Assembly: GCA_050952645.1 (NCBI GenBank) | Contig: JBMNLI010000015.1 | Span: 1-64,000, forward strand | Reading direction: 5' to 3' | From: Bdellovibrionota bacterium | GTDB taxonomy: Bacteria > Bdellovibrionota_C > UBA2361 > CAKMMH01 | Length of the DNA stretch: 64,000 bases | Shown: positions 8,014 to 18,102 of the stretch, piece by piece | Position numbering within the stretch: the stretch's first letter is position 1 | Layout: each line of letters opens with the position of its first letter | Notes under the pieces: generated by a model | Told to the model about the DNA's origin: nothing | Database searches by the model: none | The model's input: only the letters and a program-made list of their open reading frames with translations | Translations under genes and position numbers: made by a program

Positions 8014-9402
8014 ATGAAATATGTTGAATCTGAAACGGTCGAGTTAAAAGCTAAATATACAGATAATTTTATTAAGGCTGTAGTCTCTTTTTTAAATAGT
8101 GAAGGGGGGATTGTATATATAGGCATTCAAAATGATGGAACTATAGTAGGTGTTAAAGATATAGATCGTGTGCTTAAAAATATTTCAGATTGCATAACAG
8201 ATCAAATTGAACCGACTCCACGTGGAGAAATTACGAGTGAAATAATATATGAAGAAAATGTCCCAATCATTGCAGTTAATGTAAAAAAGGGAATTAAGCC
8301 TCTTTATTGTATAAAAAAATATGGGTTCTCGACGAAAGGTTGCCTTTCAAGAATAGGAACGACTTGCAAAGAAATGTCATCAGAAGAGATACAGTTTCGA
8401 TATAAATCGCAATTTATTAATGATGATTATATGTTGATAGCTCCGTCAAAGTATGCGCCACTATCATTTAATATGATGAAAATTTTACTTACGAGTAGAG
8501 GTTTTCATATTAATGAAAATTCTTTTGAGGCGTCATTTAATCTCAAGAGAAGTGATGGAGCGTATAACTTGCTTGCGGAAGTTTTAGCAGACAAAAATAT
8601 GGTGCCACTAGTATTTGTAAAATTTTCTGGTGAAGATAAAACTTCTATTTCTCAAAGAAGCAATTATGGTGAGCAGAGTTTACTTCTAGGCTACCAAAAA
8701 ATGAAAGACAGGTTGATTGCTGAGAATATATGTAAAACCGATACTTCAGTTCGTCCTAGAATAGATGAGTATCTATACGATATAAATTGCGTTAATGAAG
8801 CACTCGTTAATATGTTAGTTCATAATGATTGGACGATTACAGAACCGCAAATATCCTTTTATTCTAATCGTGTCGTTTTTACCTCTCATGGAGGACTTCC
8901 GCATGGAATTACTAAAGAAGAATTCTTTAATGGAGTTAGTAGGCCAAGAAATGCGGTGCTAATGAGAGTATTTTTAACACTTGGAATTGTTGAACACACA
9001 GGGCATGGGGTGCCTATAATCGTTAAAAAATATGGAAAAGAGGCTTTTGATATTCATAGTAATTACATTGATGTTTCTATACCTTTTAATCAAAATGTTT
9101 TGGCATCTATGTTAAGCAATGGTGTAAACGGTGTTGTCTTAAATGATATTGATAGTGAAGATATTAGTAGTGCTAGCGTAGATGATAACGCTATGCGTGC
9201 TACTAATGAAGATTTATCTGATACGGAAAAAAAATTGATTTTGGAGTTAGTTCAAGAGCCTGAAATTACATATAGTCAGTTAGCATCAAAGATTGGTATT
9301 TCAAGAAGAACGGTATCAAGAGTTATAAATTCATTAGTTCAGAAAAAATATATTGAAAGAGTAGGTGATAATAAATCTGGATTTTGGAAAATTATACGCT
9401 GA
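8014..9402 (+). CDS. AlbA_2 (Schlafen-like) + HATPase_c_4 + C-terminal winged-HTH protein (often annotated RecG-like or transcriptional regulator)
   Basis: ESETVELK..VSFLNSEGGIVYIG; EALVNMLVHNDW; PRN..LG.VE.TGHG; ITYSQLASKIGISRRTV..IERVG..KSGFW. Confidence 0.85.
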   Translation: MKYVESETVELKAKYTDNFIKAVVSFLNSEGGIVYIGIQNDGTIVGVKDIDRVLKNISDCITDQIEPTPRGEITSEIIYEENVPIIAVNVKKGIKPLYCIKKYGFSTKGCLSRIGTTCKEMSSEEIQFRYKSQFINDDYMLIAPSKYAPLSFNMMKILLTSRGFHINENSFEASFNLKRSDGAYNLLAEVLADKNMVPLVFVKFSGEDKTSISQRSNYGEQSLLLGYQKMKDRLIAENICKTDTSVRPRIDEYLYDINCVNEALVNMLVHNDWTITEPQISFYSNRVVFTSHGGLPHGITKEEFFNGVSRPRNAVLMRVFLTLGIVEHTGHGVPIIVKKYGKEAFDIHSNYIDVSIPFNQNVLASMLSNGVNGVVLNDIDSEDISSASVDDNAMRATNEDLSDTEKKLILELVQEPEITYSQLASKIGISRRTVSRVINSLVQKKYIERVGDNKSGFWKIIR

Positions 9403-9527
9403 TATAGTAAGTTGCTACTAGGTATTGATTTAGAATACTACTTGTATCTTAGAGTGATATTAAGTAAAATAATAGAAAGCAGTTTTAAAATCTAATCTTT
9501 TAATAAATATCTTTTAAAAAAGTCGTT

Positions 9528-10202
9528 ATGAATACAGATAAAATAATAAAAAAATATTGGATAATGGGTTTCCCTTATTTTGAATCAAGATTGTTTTTCG
9601 TTCCAAATGATATAGGAAGAAATTATGAGTCGCTCGTAAAAATGAAATTATACGACCCCGATGGAGCACTTATAAATGAAATAAAAATGCTAGTCAGCTC
9701 AAAATGTCCGCTAATTTTAGATTTAGAAAATTTTATGGGAGATTGCAAGCCTGAGTCTGGTATAAAGTACGGTTTGCTAGTTTGTGAAATGGATGAATAT
9801 ATAGATAGCTACCTAAGATTTCAAACTAAAAAAACTGGGGTATTCGTAGGAGAGTTAAATGAATTTAATAATAAAGCACCACTCTTTTTCCCAGTCTATT
9901 TTTCTAAGGAAAGAAATAGCGTTTTGATGCTAAGAAATAGCGAGCTTAGCGATGTTAAAATAGAATATAAAATTTTAAAAGATAATAGGGCACCAGTAAA
10001 AACTATAACTTTACAAAAAATGCACTCTAGAATAATTTTTTTAAATAATGCTTTTAAAGAACTTGTGAGCGATTTTAATGAAAAAGATTTTCAAGCGTAT
10101 TTAAGATTGTCATGCGTTGAAGGTGATTCAGTAGTCGGAGCTCAGATTATAGATTATAATGCTAACGAAAATTTAGAAGGAGATTTTTCTTCTATAGCTT
10201 AA
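9528..10202 (+). CDS. Hypothetical protein
   Basis: 224 aa ORF, no recognised motif. Confidence 0.7.
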   Translation: MNTDKIIKKYWIMGFPYFESRLFFVPNDIGRNYESLVKMKLYDPDGALINEIKMLVSSKCPLILDLENFMGDCKPESGIKYGLLVCEMDEYIDSYLRFQTKKTGVFVGELNEFNNKAPLFFPVYFSKERNSVLMLRNSELSDVKIEYKILKDNRAPVKTITLQKMHSRIIFLNNAFKELVSDFNEKDFQAYLRLSCVEGDSVVGAQIIDYNANENLEGDFSSIA

Positions 10203-10358
10203 AGGTTAATTTTTTTTTAATAGTTTAAATGAAAATTAGAGTTAGCTTTAGCTAGCAGAAACTTTTTTTTAGGAGCGTAGTTAGAGAATATAATTTTTAT
10301 GATTTTGAAAATGATTTTGAAAATATGAAGAACTAAAAATTTAGGAATAAAATAAATT

Positions 10359-11072
10359 ATGAAAAATATTAAATGGGTTTCATTTTGTGCATCGAATAAA
10401 GTGTTAAAAACGGTTATACATTTTTTCCCAAAGGTATTAAATGTAGCGACTCAATATCCCGTGATTTGCAAATTAGGATTATTTGGAGAAGGGAAAGATG
10501 CAGGAACCGTTATGGTAGATGGAGTAAGGATAAATCAAGCTAGTGGGATTTTATTAGACACGGCTTTCCCAAGTCTTAATGGAGATTACGCAGGATTTAT
10601 CGGGCTTTCAATAGAGTTTTCTTTAAGGCAGCAATCTCCTAATTTTGAAAAATTAAGTTCACTTATAGAGCTAGTGTCTTTTTCTTCATCGACTCATTTT
10701 TACCCAACATTAGTTAGCGAAGAAGAAAAGAAAAGAGCGTTTTTAAAATCGTTTCCAGTATTATTTGATACGTTATCGGAGCCAAGTTTGTTATTAGTAA
10801 ATTCGACTCTTACAGAGTTTAGGACGAATGTTCTAAACGTTGAAAATACTCTAGTAGTAGAGAATTTGCAATCATTGCCTCTAACTGCAAAAGAATATAC
10901 TTTAGATGGTTTAGATAATTTTAATGATAAGAGCAGCGTTTTTAACTCTTGTTGGACTAATGGCTACTTATCTTTATTAAGATTTGATAGTGAGATCCCA
11001 GCAGGTGTAGGCGTATATATTTTATGTAGAGATAAGTTGACGAGAAAAATTACTTCTTGTTTTAGTTTATAA
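10359..11072 (+). CDS. Hypothetical protein
   Basis: 237 aa ORF, no recognised motif. Confidence 0.7.
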   Translation: MKNIKWVSFCASNKVLKTVIHFFPKVLNVATQYPVICKLGLFGEGKDAGTVMVDGVRINQASGILLDTAFPSLNGDYAGFIGLSIEFSLRQQSPNFEKLSSLIELVSFSSSTHFYPTLVSEEEKKRAFLKSFPVLFDTLSEPSLLLVNSTLTEFRTNVLNVENTLVVENLQSLPLTAKEYTLDGLDNFNDKSSVFNSCWTNGYLSLLRFDSEIPAGVGVYILCRDKLTRKITSCFSL

Positions 11073-11098
11073 TTATAATTTTTTAAGGTAAAAAGACG

Positions 11099-11917
11099 AT
11101 GATTACTTTTTTTTCTCCTTATGGCACATTGATTAAAGAAAGTGGTTTTATGTATATGTTTGCTAGGTATATTAGCACATTTTACTCTAATATAAGCCAG
11201 CTGAAATGCAACGGTCTTTTTACTATTTGTAGTAGGGATTATTTAGAGAAAGAAAGAAGAGATTTTTTAATGTGTAGTAATTGTATGGCGTGTCAAGATG
11301 AGCTAGCTAATTGGAGCGAGATAAGCTCTTTTGAGTTATCAAAATGTTTAAGAGCAGATGCTTTAAGATATATAAAAAAAGAATTTTTATTAGTTCCCGA
11401 TGAAGAGCTTAATAATGTGTATTATGAAGAGCTAAATATTTATGATTTATGTCGGGGGTCATTTTTTAATTTTGTAGGCAATGAAATGCCAGATATTAGC
11501 AATAAAAAGAATTTACAATTAGTAAAAAAGATTATGTTATCTTCTATAAAAGTTATTGAAGCTATAAAAACGTATTATTCCAATGAAAGCCCTAGTTTGT
11601 TTTTTATCCCTTCTAGTAAAGATTTTTTAACGCATTCTATTTTAGAATATTTAAAGATAGCTAACAAAAATTTTGTCGAGATCGATTGGAGTGAAGAGAA
11701 AAATATATTTAGTATTATAAATAGTAGCAAGAAAGAATTAAAGCAGTACGAGATTTATATAGATAGTATAATTCATTTTAGGAATGATTGTTCTACTTGG
11801 CCAGAAGAGTTTATAAATATGTTAAACGATGTAGCAAATTTTGTAGGGCTTAGTGATAAGATAAGTGATACAAGCAATAATATAATAAATAGAGATAGTT
11901 ATGATAATGCTGTGTAA
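11099..11917 (+). CDS. Hypothetical protein with a Cys cluster, resembling the N-terminal part of capsule-biosynthesis proteins
   Basis: LKCNGLFTIC...MCSNCMAC motif; family assignment tentative. Confidence 0.5.
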   Translation: MITFFSPYGTLIKESGFMYMFARYISTFYSNISQLKCNGLFTICSRDYLEKERRDFLMCSNCMACQDELANWSEISSFELSKCLRADALRYIKKEFLLVPDEELNNVYYEELNIYDLCRGSFFNFVGNEMPDISNKKNLQLVKKIMLSSIKVIEAIKTYYSNESPSLFFIPSSKDFLTHSILEYLKIANKNFVEIDWSEEKNIFSIINSSKKELKQYEIYIDSIIHFRNDCSTWPEEFINMLNDVANFVGLSDKISDTSNNIINRDSYDNAV

Positions 11918-12137
11918 AAGTTTGGTTCTTTGACGTTTTAAGTGGGTTAGAAAAATTGTTTTTTCACGTTTTGAGTGGGTTGGAGTCTTTTTTATAATGT
12001 GAATTTCCAAAATTATTTTATAAAACTGTTGTTGTTTTATTAAAATAATAGTCAATTTTCTTTTGGGCTTCGTCGAGGTGAGTGATACTAATTTTAAGGT
12101 CTTTAACCACTTTAAAGCGTCAAAGAACTAAACTTTT
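11916..12137. mobile_element. MITE-like element, copy 1
   Basis: Imperfect ~30-bp terminal IR: aaaagtttggttctttgacgttttaagtgg ... ccactttaaagcgtcaaagaactaaactttt. Confidence 0.75.
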
Positions 12138-12169
12138 AAAAGGCTAGAGTTAGAGAGGGAATTTTAACG

Positions 12170-12634
12170 CTAACCTTTTAGTGTTAGTATATCTTCGAGA
12201 TTTTTCCTACAAAACCACCAAGCGAGTGCAATTGCTAGTATTGAGATCTCGTAAATCACAATTCCTAAAGTGGAATTTAAGAAAGACGTGCTAACATACA
12301 ATAACTGAAGGAAGCCTAAAGCGCCTCCTAATATAAAAAAACATGTTTTTTGAAGTCGCAAACCGATAATATGAGCGACATCAGTCGTTCTTACGGCTTG
12401 GAACCCCTTAAGTTTAATAAGTGTTGAAGCCAAGATACCTACGCAAAATGCGATGCTAAGCACTAGCGATGCAGGATAGCCTATTATCCCCACTAGAAAC
12501 GGCGCAAGGAATATTATTGCGAACGCAGTAAGTATTACCGCTATAACTATTGCTCCAAAAGTGAGAAGAGCTAGCAAGGCAACCGCCAAAATGGCAAACG
12601 CAACTAAAGTTTCAGCTCTGCTAATTTTCTTCAT
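12170..12634 (-). CDS. Hypothetical integral membrane protein
   Basis: 154 aa with several hydrophobic helices. Confidence 0.7.
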   Translation of the reverse strand: MKKISRAETLVAFAILAVALLALLTFGAIVIAVILTAFAIIFLAPFLVGIIGYPASLVLSIAFCVGILASTLIKLKGFQAVRTTDVAHIIGLRLQKTCFFILGGALGFLQLLYVSTSFLNSTLGIVIYEISILAIALAWWFCRKNLEDILTLKG

Positions 12635-12886
12635 AACAAGCCCTTTCTTATCCCTATTTCCCCCTCTACCCTAGAACTTAATGAATTTTATACCATAATA
12701 TGAAAGATAAAGTAAAGTTTAAAATTTGAAATTTATATAATTATTAAGATAAAAACTTTTATTTTTTAGAGTTATTTTAAGATATAAGATAAAAGGAGTA
12801 TTGCAAAAAGATTAGGAAACTACTTTACTTTTAAAGAATTAATAGATAGTTATAAAAAAAGAAACTTTAAAAATGTAATAAAAACA

Positions 12887-12917
12887 AACACCCTTACGTT
12901 TTTAGTGTAAAGGTGTT
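12887..12917 (-). terminator. Probable intrinsic terminator of the 86-aa ORF
   Basis: aacacccttac-loop-gtaaaggtgtt hairpin with a T-run on the minus strand. Confidence 0.5.
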
Positions 12918-12928
12918 GACGGTGTAAG

Positions 12929-13189
12929 TTATTGACGTCGATTGGTACAAACTATCGTAGCTTCTTTTCGGGTGATGAAATGTTCTTTATATATCTTAAA
13001 AAGCCTACATAAATTTTTGACCGTTTCAAACTGTTGAATAGGAGAGCTGGAATGATATTTTTCGATAATATCTAAAAATTGTCCTAATAAGTAACCTTTA
13101 GCCTGTTCTTGGTCTTGTGCTTCCATATTAGTATTCATATTAGCTTTAAATCCTGCGTCGTTTAAAACCTTAGCGACTTTAGCACACAC
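12929..13189 (-). CDS. Hypothetical protein
   Basis: 86 aa ORF followed by a terminator; start codon uncertain. Confidence 0.45.
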   Translation of the reverse strand: MCAKVAKVLNDAGFKANMNTNMEAQDQEQAKGYLLGQFLDIIEKYHSSSPIQQFETVKNLCRLFKIYKEHFITRKEATIVCTNRRQ

Positions 13190-13332
13190 ATCTTATAATA
13201 ACCTAGAAACAATCATGCTATCAGCGTAGATACTTATAAAGTGTTAGTTAAATTTTTTTTTAAATTTGTTGCAGTTTGGCTTGCAACTTGCGATTAAATA
13301 ACAAAACTTAAAAAGTTTACTAATAAATTTTA

Positions 13333-14115
13333 CTAATAATCATTAACTACTTTTTTTTTATTTTCTTTTTCTAATATGTTCTCAACTTTTTCTAATTCCT
13401 CTAGCGAGTTTACTCCTTGAACCTCATTTTCATCCGTAATTTTGCTAGCAATTACTTTTAATCCTTGCTTTGAAGCTATCTCGACTATATCTGTAAGATA
13501 ATACTCTTTTTGCGTATTGTTAGTTTTAATTTGCTTTACCGCTTCTCTTAAAAATTTAGTATTTACTGCATACACTCCCGAGTTTGATTCGGTAATCTCT
13601 AATTGATTAGGAGTGCAATCTTTCTTCTCTACGATTTTTAAAAACTCTCCATCTTCATTTTTTACTATTCTTCCATAACTCGAACTCGTAGGAGCATCAA
13701 AAGTAAGCACGTTTATAAAAGCTTCCTTTTCATAAAAAACATTCACTAGTTTTTTTATCGTCTCTTCCTTTATAAGCGGAACATCTCCATATAATATAAC
13801 CGTTATGCCCTCCTTGCTTTCCATTTTTTCTAAAGCACACATTACGGCATGCCCCGTGCCTAATTGTTCTTCTTGAAAGGCAAATTTAATATTGCTACTT
13901 AATTTTCTTTTTTTTATATCACTTAAAATAAAATCTTCTACTATCTCTCTTTGATAGCCAGTTACTACTACCGTTTCAGTAGGTGCTAACTTACTAGATG
14001 TTTCAATAACGTAAGATATAAGCTCTCTTCCATGGGCCTTTGAAAGAACTTTTGCTCGTCCTCCTCCCATACGTTTTCCAATTCCAGCTGCAAGAATAAT
14101 TACCGATGTATCCAT
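13333..14115 (-). CDS. glmU: GlmU N-terminal uridylyltransferase domain only
   Basis: ILAAGIGKRM, QEEQLGTGHAV, LYGDVPLI, YGRIV, IVEKKD, NTQKEYYLTD, GVNS; no hexapeptide domain; ATG at 14115 has a ggag RBS. Confidence 0.85.
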   Translation of the reverse strand: MDTSVIILAAGIGKRMGGGRAKVLSKAHGRELISYVIETSSKLAPTETVVVTGYQREIVEDFILSDIKKRKLSSNIKFAFQEEQLGTGHAVMCALEKMESKEGITVILYGDVPLIKEETIKKLVNVFYEKEAFINVLTFDAPTSSSYGRIVKNEDGEFLKIVEKKDCTPNQLEITESNSGVYAVNTKFLREAVKQIKTNNTQKEYYLTDIVEIASKQGLKVIASKITDENEVQGVNSLEELEKVENILEKENKKKVVNDY

Positions 14116-14472
14116 TTTTTTTAACTCCAAGTTTAAATTACTTTAAAAATTTTACTTATATTTTCAAGTTTCGGCAAGGGTTTTGCTTATAAGTATATAG
14201 GCATTTTTAGAAAGAATTACGAAAAATAAAAAAATGTAATAAAAATAATGCCTTATAAAATATTTGTTTAATATTAGTAATTTTATTGTTTGTAATTTTG
14301 ACGTTTTAATAAATAGAAATGTCGTTTTTGTGTCATTTTAATGGCGTGATTAATGGCGTGTTTTAATAGCATATAAAAAATATCAAATTAAAAATGCTAA
14401 ATAAAATGCCAAATAAGAATGCTCAAAAAAATGAGATTTAATGTTATTAGCTGTTTAGTAAAAGGTTTTAAT

Positions 14473-15390
14473 ATGATTGATTTAACTGTTTGGTCCCTTC
14501 TAGTAGATATCGCCCTTATGGGTGCACTCGTTTATTTAGCTTATAGACTTACTAGAGCCGAGTCTGTTGCGGTTAAAATAGATAAAGTGGGAGACTTAGA
14601 AAAAACTTTAAGAAAAATTATAAATGAAGCAGAAGAAAGCTCTATAAACTTAGATCAAAATTTACGCTCTAGACAGAAAAATTTAGAAACTTTGCTAGAA
14701 GAGCTTAAAAGTTTAGAAGATAGAGTAAATAAAAGTTTAAACGTTTCAAATGAGGTAAAAGTAGGGTTAGAAAAAAGTTTAGAAGATGGCAAAATACTAA
14801 TGCAAAAATTAGCAACCCTTGCAAGTTTAGCAAATAAAGGGAAACAAGCTAGTAATATATCTAACAATATATCTAACAATATATCTAACAATGTATCTAG
14901 TAATGTAGCTAGTAATGTATCTAGTAATGCAGAAAGAGAAAGATTTATTGAATTAAAAAATGAGGTAAGTCCTCAAACAAACTCTGAAAGAAATTTTGAA
15001 ACAAACTTTGAAACAAATAAGAAAACTTCTGAAGCTCAAAAATCAAATTTATCTACTAGCTTATCTTCAAAGGGAGTTTCAAAGGGGTTAGCTAGTAATA
15101 TAGAAAAAGAGGTTTATAACGAAAAACAAAATATAACTTCAAACGTATTTAACAAGGAAAATTTAGAAACTATTAGAACTCTTAAAAATTACGAACTAGC
15201 TTATGCACTATTAAAAAAAGGATTGTCTATAAGTGCTATCTCGGAAAAAACAAATATTTCAACTTCCGAATTATTAAAAATGAAAGATGAGTCTCTTTCA
15301 AATAGTGATATAAATAAAATCGTTGCTGTTGCAGACGATGAGCGTTTAGGAGTGCTTTCTAAAATGCGTCGAGAATTAGCAACGCTATAA
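14473..15390 (+). CDS. Membrane-anchored coiled-coil protein with C-terminal HTH-like segment, first gene of the flg operon
   Basis: N-terminal TM, coiled coil, SNNI repeats, LLKKGLSISAISEKTNIS. Confidence 0.6.
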   Translation: MIDLTVWSLLVDIALMGALVYLAYRLTRAESVAVKIDKVGDLEKTLRKIINEAEESSINLDQNLRSRQKNLETLLEELKSLEDRVNKSLNVSNEVKVGLEKSLEDGKILMQKLATLASLANKGKQASNISNNISNNISNNVSSNVASNVSSNAERERFIELKNEVSPQTNSERNFETNFETNKKTSEAQKSNLSTSLSSKGVSKGLASNIEKEVYNEKQNITSNVFNKENLETIRTLKNYELAYALLKKGLSISAISEKTNISTSELLKMKDESLSNSDINKIVAVADDERLGVLSKMRRELATL

Positions 15391-15459
15391 TTTATATTAT
15401 AAAAATTTATATTATAAAAATTTATAAAATAATTTATTAAAAGGAGAAGATAAAAACAA

Positions 15460-16230
15460 ATGGACAGAGGGACATACGCAGCAGCATCAAATGGAGTAAT
15501 GCAGTTAAGAAAATTAGATATAACTACTAATAATTTAGCTAACTTAAAAACTGCTGGTTTTAAAAAACAAGTGCTAGTAGGAAATACTCAAACGTTTGAT
15601 GAAACATTAGCAAGCTTGCAAGGATTAAAAGACCCTTATGCTAAATATGATCACGAAAGAACTCCTGGGGTTACGAACACTATGGCCGTTACGGATTTCT
15701 CTATTGGCTCTATCGAAACGACGAATAATCCTTTAAATGTAGCGATAAAAAATGAAAATGAGTTTTTTACTATACAAGGAGAAAATGGAGAGATGCTCTA
15801 CACGAAAGCTGGCGACTTTACATTAAATGAAAATAGTGAGCTAGTCCTTCATGATGGAAAATACGTTTTAGGTGGTGGAAGCCCAATACCAACTACTGGT
15901 GTTGGTAAAATTCAGATCGCTGCTAATGGTGAAGTGCTTAGCGATAATAATGTGGTAGGTGCATTAACTGTCGTGAGAATAGATGATTTAAAAGCACTAG
16001 AAAGAGTAGGAGGAAACTGCTTTAAAATAAAAGATGGGGAGAGCGTAAACGTTGAAGAAGTATCTCCTAATTTAATAGAAAACTCGTTAGAGATGTCTAA
16101 CGTGTCTGCCGTAAATAGCATACTAGACTTAATGACTGCCCATAGAGGCTTTCAACTTTATACTCAAACGGCAAACTCGATAGACCAAATGAATCAAACA
16201 TCGATTACGAGAGTAGGAGTGAGTAGATAA
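15460..16230 (+). CDS. flgF: Flagellar basal-body rod protein FlgF
   Basis: NNLANLKTAGFK; T.NPLNVAI; YTKAGDF; LEMSNVSAV. Confidence 0.9.
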   Translation: MDRGTYAAASNGVMQLRKLDITTNNLANLKTAGFKKQVLVGNTQTFDETLASLQGLKDPYAKYDHERTPGVTNTMAVTDFSIGSIETTNNPLNVAIKNENEFFTIQGENGEMLYTKAGDFTLNENSELVLHDGKYVLGGGSPIPTTGVGKIQIAANGEVLSDNNVVGALTVVRIDDLKALERVGGNCFKIKDGESVNVEEVSPNLIENSLEMSNVSAVNSILDLMTAHRGFQLYTQTANSIDQMNQTSITRVGVSR

Positions 16231-16280
16231 GTTTAATAGTTTTTTAAAAGTTTTATTTATTTTTTTAAAGGTGAACTTAT

Positions 16281-17069
16281 ATGATAAGAGCTTTATATAC
16301 ATCGGCAACTGGAATGAATGCACAACAAACTAATATTGATGTTATCTCAAATAATTTAGCTAACGTTAATACGACGGGTTATAAATCTGGTAGAGCCGAG
16401 TTTCAAGATTTAATATATCAATACGTTCTTGAGCCAGGGGCTAAAACCTCAGATAGCACTCAAAATCCAACTGGTATCCAAGTTGGTTTAGGTGTAAAAA
16501 CCTCATCTGTGCAAAAAGTTTTTATGCAAGGAGACCTTAAAAATACTGATAGAAATTTAGATGTAGCTATTCAAGGAGAAGGATTTTTTAAAGTAATAAT
16601 GCCAAATGGTGATACGGCATACACTAGAACTGGCTCATTTAAATTAGACAAAGATGGAAAATTAGTAACGGCAGATGGCTATGAGTTAGACCCTAGTATA
16701 ACGGTTCCCGATGATACCACTTCGATAAGTATCTCTGAAAATGGTATCGTTAGCATCACTCAACCTGGAAGCGCTTCTATGACAGACCTAGGGCAGCTTA
16801 CGGCGGTAAGATTTCCTAACCAAGCTGGGCTAAAAGCGATGGGACAAAACTTGTATTTAGAGTCTGCATCTTCTGGAGCACCTAGTGAGGGTGTGTTTTC
16901 TGAAAATGGTTTTGGAACTCTAAATCAAGGGTTTTTAGAAACTAGTAATGTTAGTGTAGTAGAACAAGTAGTAAATATGATCACGGCACAACGTGCTTAT
17001 GAAGCTTCTTCAAAAGGCATCACTACTGCCGATGATATGATTAACTTAGCGATAAATATGAAGAGATAA
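16281..17069 (+). CDS. flgG: Flagellar distal rod protein FlgG
   Basis: MIRALYTSATGM..NNLANVNTTGYK..FQDL..GIQVGLG..QGFLETSNV..MITAQRAYE. Confidence 0.97.
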   Translation: MIRALYTSATGMNAQQTNIDVISNNLANVNTTGYKSGRAEFQDLIYQYVLEPGAKTSDSTQNPTGIQVGLGVKTSSVQKVFMQGDLKNTDRNLDVAIQGEGFFKVIMPNGDTAYTRTGSFKLDKDGKLVTADGYELDPSITVPDDTTSISISENGIVSITQPGSASMTDLGQLTAVRFPNQAGLKAMGQNLYLESASSGAPSEGVFSENGFGTLNQGFLETSNVSVVEQVVNMITAQRAYEASSKGITTADDMINLAINMKR

Positions 17070-17100
17070 AAAGTAATTTAATTAAAGGAAAGAATTTTTA

Positions 17101-18102
17101 ATGAAACTAAAATTAAAGAAACTAAAAAATTTATTTTTATATTTATTTTTTTTATGCACGGCATTAAGCCTTAATCCTAGTGCTTACGCTTACGATATTT
17201 ACATTCGGGGTAGACAAGAGGTAACTATTACTAAACCTATCGTTACTTTATCAGATATAGCAAGCATAGAGTCGAGCAAGAATAATCTAGATGAGATTAT
17301 TATAAGCGTAGGAAAAACTTTTATCCAAAATAGCCCAGCGCCTAATAAAGAAGCAGTTATATCTGCTAATAAAATAGTTTCAATAATGAAACGTGAAGGA
17401 TTAAAGCTAGATAAGATAGGGTATGTATTTCCTAAAAATATTAAAGTTAAAAGAGCTGGGAGACCCTTAACTAGCAATGAGGTAAAGTTAGCACTCGATA
17501 ATTATTTAGAGGAAAATTATTTAGAAGAAAAAAATAAGGAAATAACTGTAAATAAAATATATTTAAAAGATAATATTTTTGTAGCACCAGATGATATATC
17601 GATAGAAGTTTCATCTTTTTCAAAAGACCCACTAAATAAAAAAATAGCGAATGTTCTTCTAAGTGTGGCGTCTAGCAATGGGGATACTCAAAAAATTGCT
17701 GTAAGCGCAAATATTGAGGAGTGGAAAGATGTCCCCGTTGCTAATAGACAAATTTATAAAGGAGAGGTCGTAGGAGAAAGTGATTTCATAATGGCAAGAA
17801 TGAATTTATCGAAACTTCCTAAAGAATCGCTAGATGTAGAAAAAGAAGTTATAGGAAAGGAAGCTACAAGAAATATAAATAAAGGAGATGTTTTCTCAAA
17901 CAATACTTTAATTTTACCACCTATAATAAAACAAGGTGAAAAGATAAAAATAGTTTACGAAACTTCGCTTTTATCTGCCGTTGCAACTGGTGTTGCTATG
18001 CAAGATGGAGGCGAGAATGAAAGAATAAAAATAAAAAATGATTCATCTAATAAATTATTAGAAGGGGAAGTAGTAGAGCAAGGTTTAGTGAGGGTTAATT
18101 AA
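17101..18102 (+). CDS. flgA: Flagellar P-ring chaperone FlgA, long form
   Basis: Signal peptide; SAF domain; G.AMQDGG..E.IKIKN.SS.K. Confidence 0.9.
   Translation: MKLKLKKLKNLFLYLFFLCTALSLNPSAYAYDIYIRGRQEVTITKPIVTLSDIASIESSKNNLDEIIISVGKTFIQNSPAPNKEAVISANKIVSIMKREGLKLDKIGYVFPKNIKVKRAGRPLTSNEVKLALDNYLEENYLEEKNKEITVNKIYLKDNIFVAPDDISIEVSSFSKDPLNKKIANVLLSVASSNGDTQKIAVSANIEEWKDVPVANRQIYKGEVVGESDFIMARMNLSKLPKESLDVEKEVIGKEATRNINKGDVFSNNTLILPPIIKQGEKIKIVYETSLLSAVATGVAMQDGGENERIKIKNDSSNKLLEGEVVEQGLVRVN

Noticed and set aside
11916..12137. Integron attC sites
   Set aside because: No RYYYAAC/GTTRRRY core pair was recognised, there is no integrase, and one copy lies inside a housekeeping flagellar operon.
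14330..14415. sigma54 promoter for the flg operon
   Set aside because: The TGGC motifs present do not give GG-N10-GC spacing on either strand.
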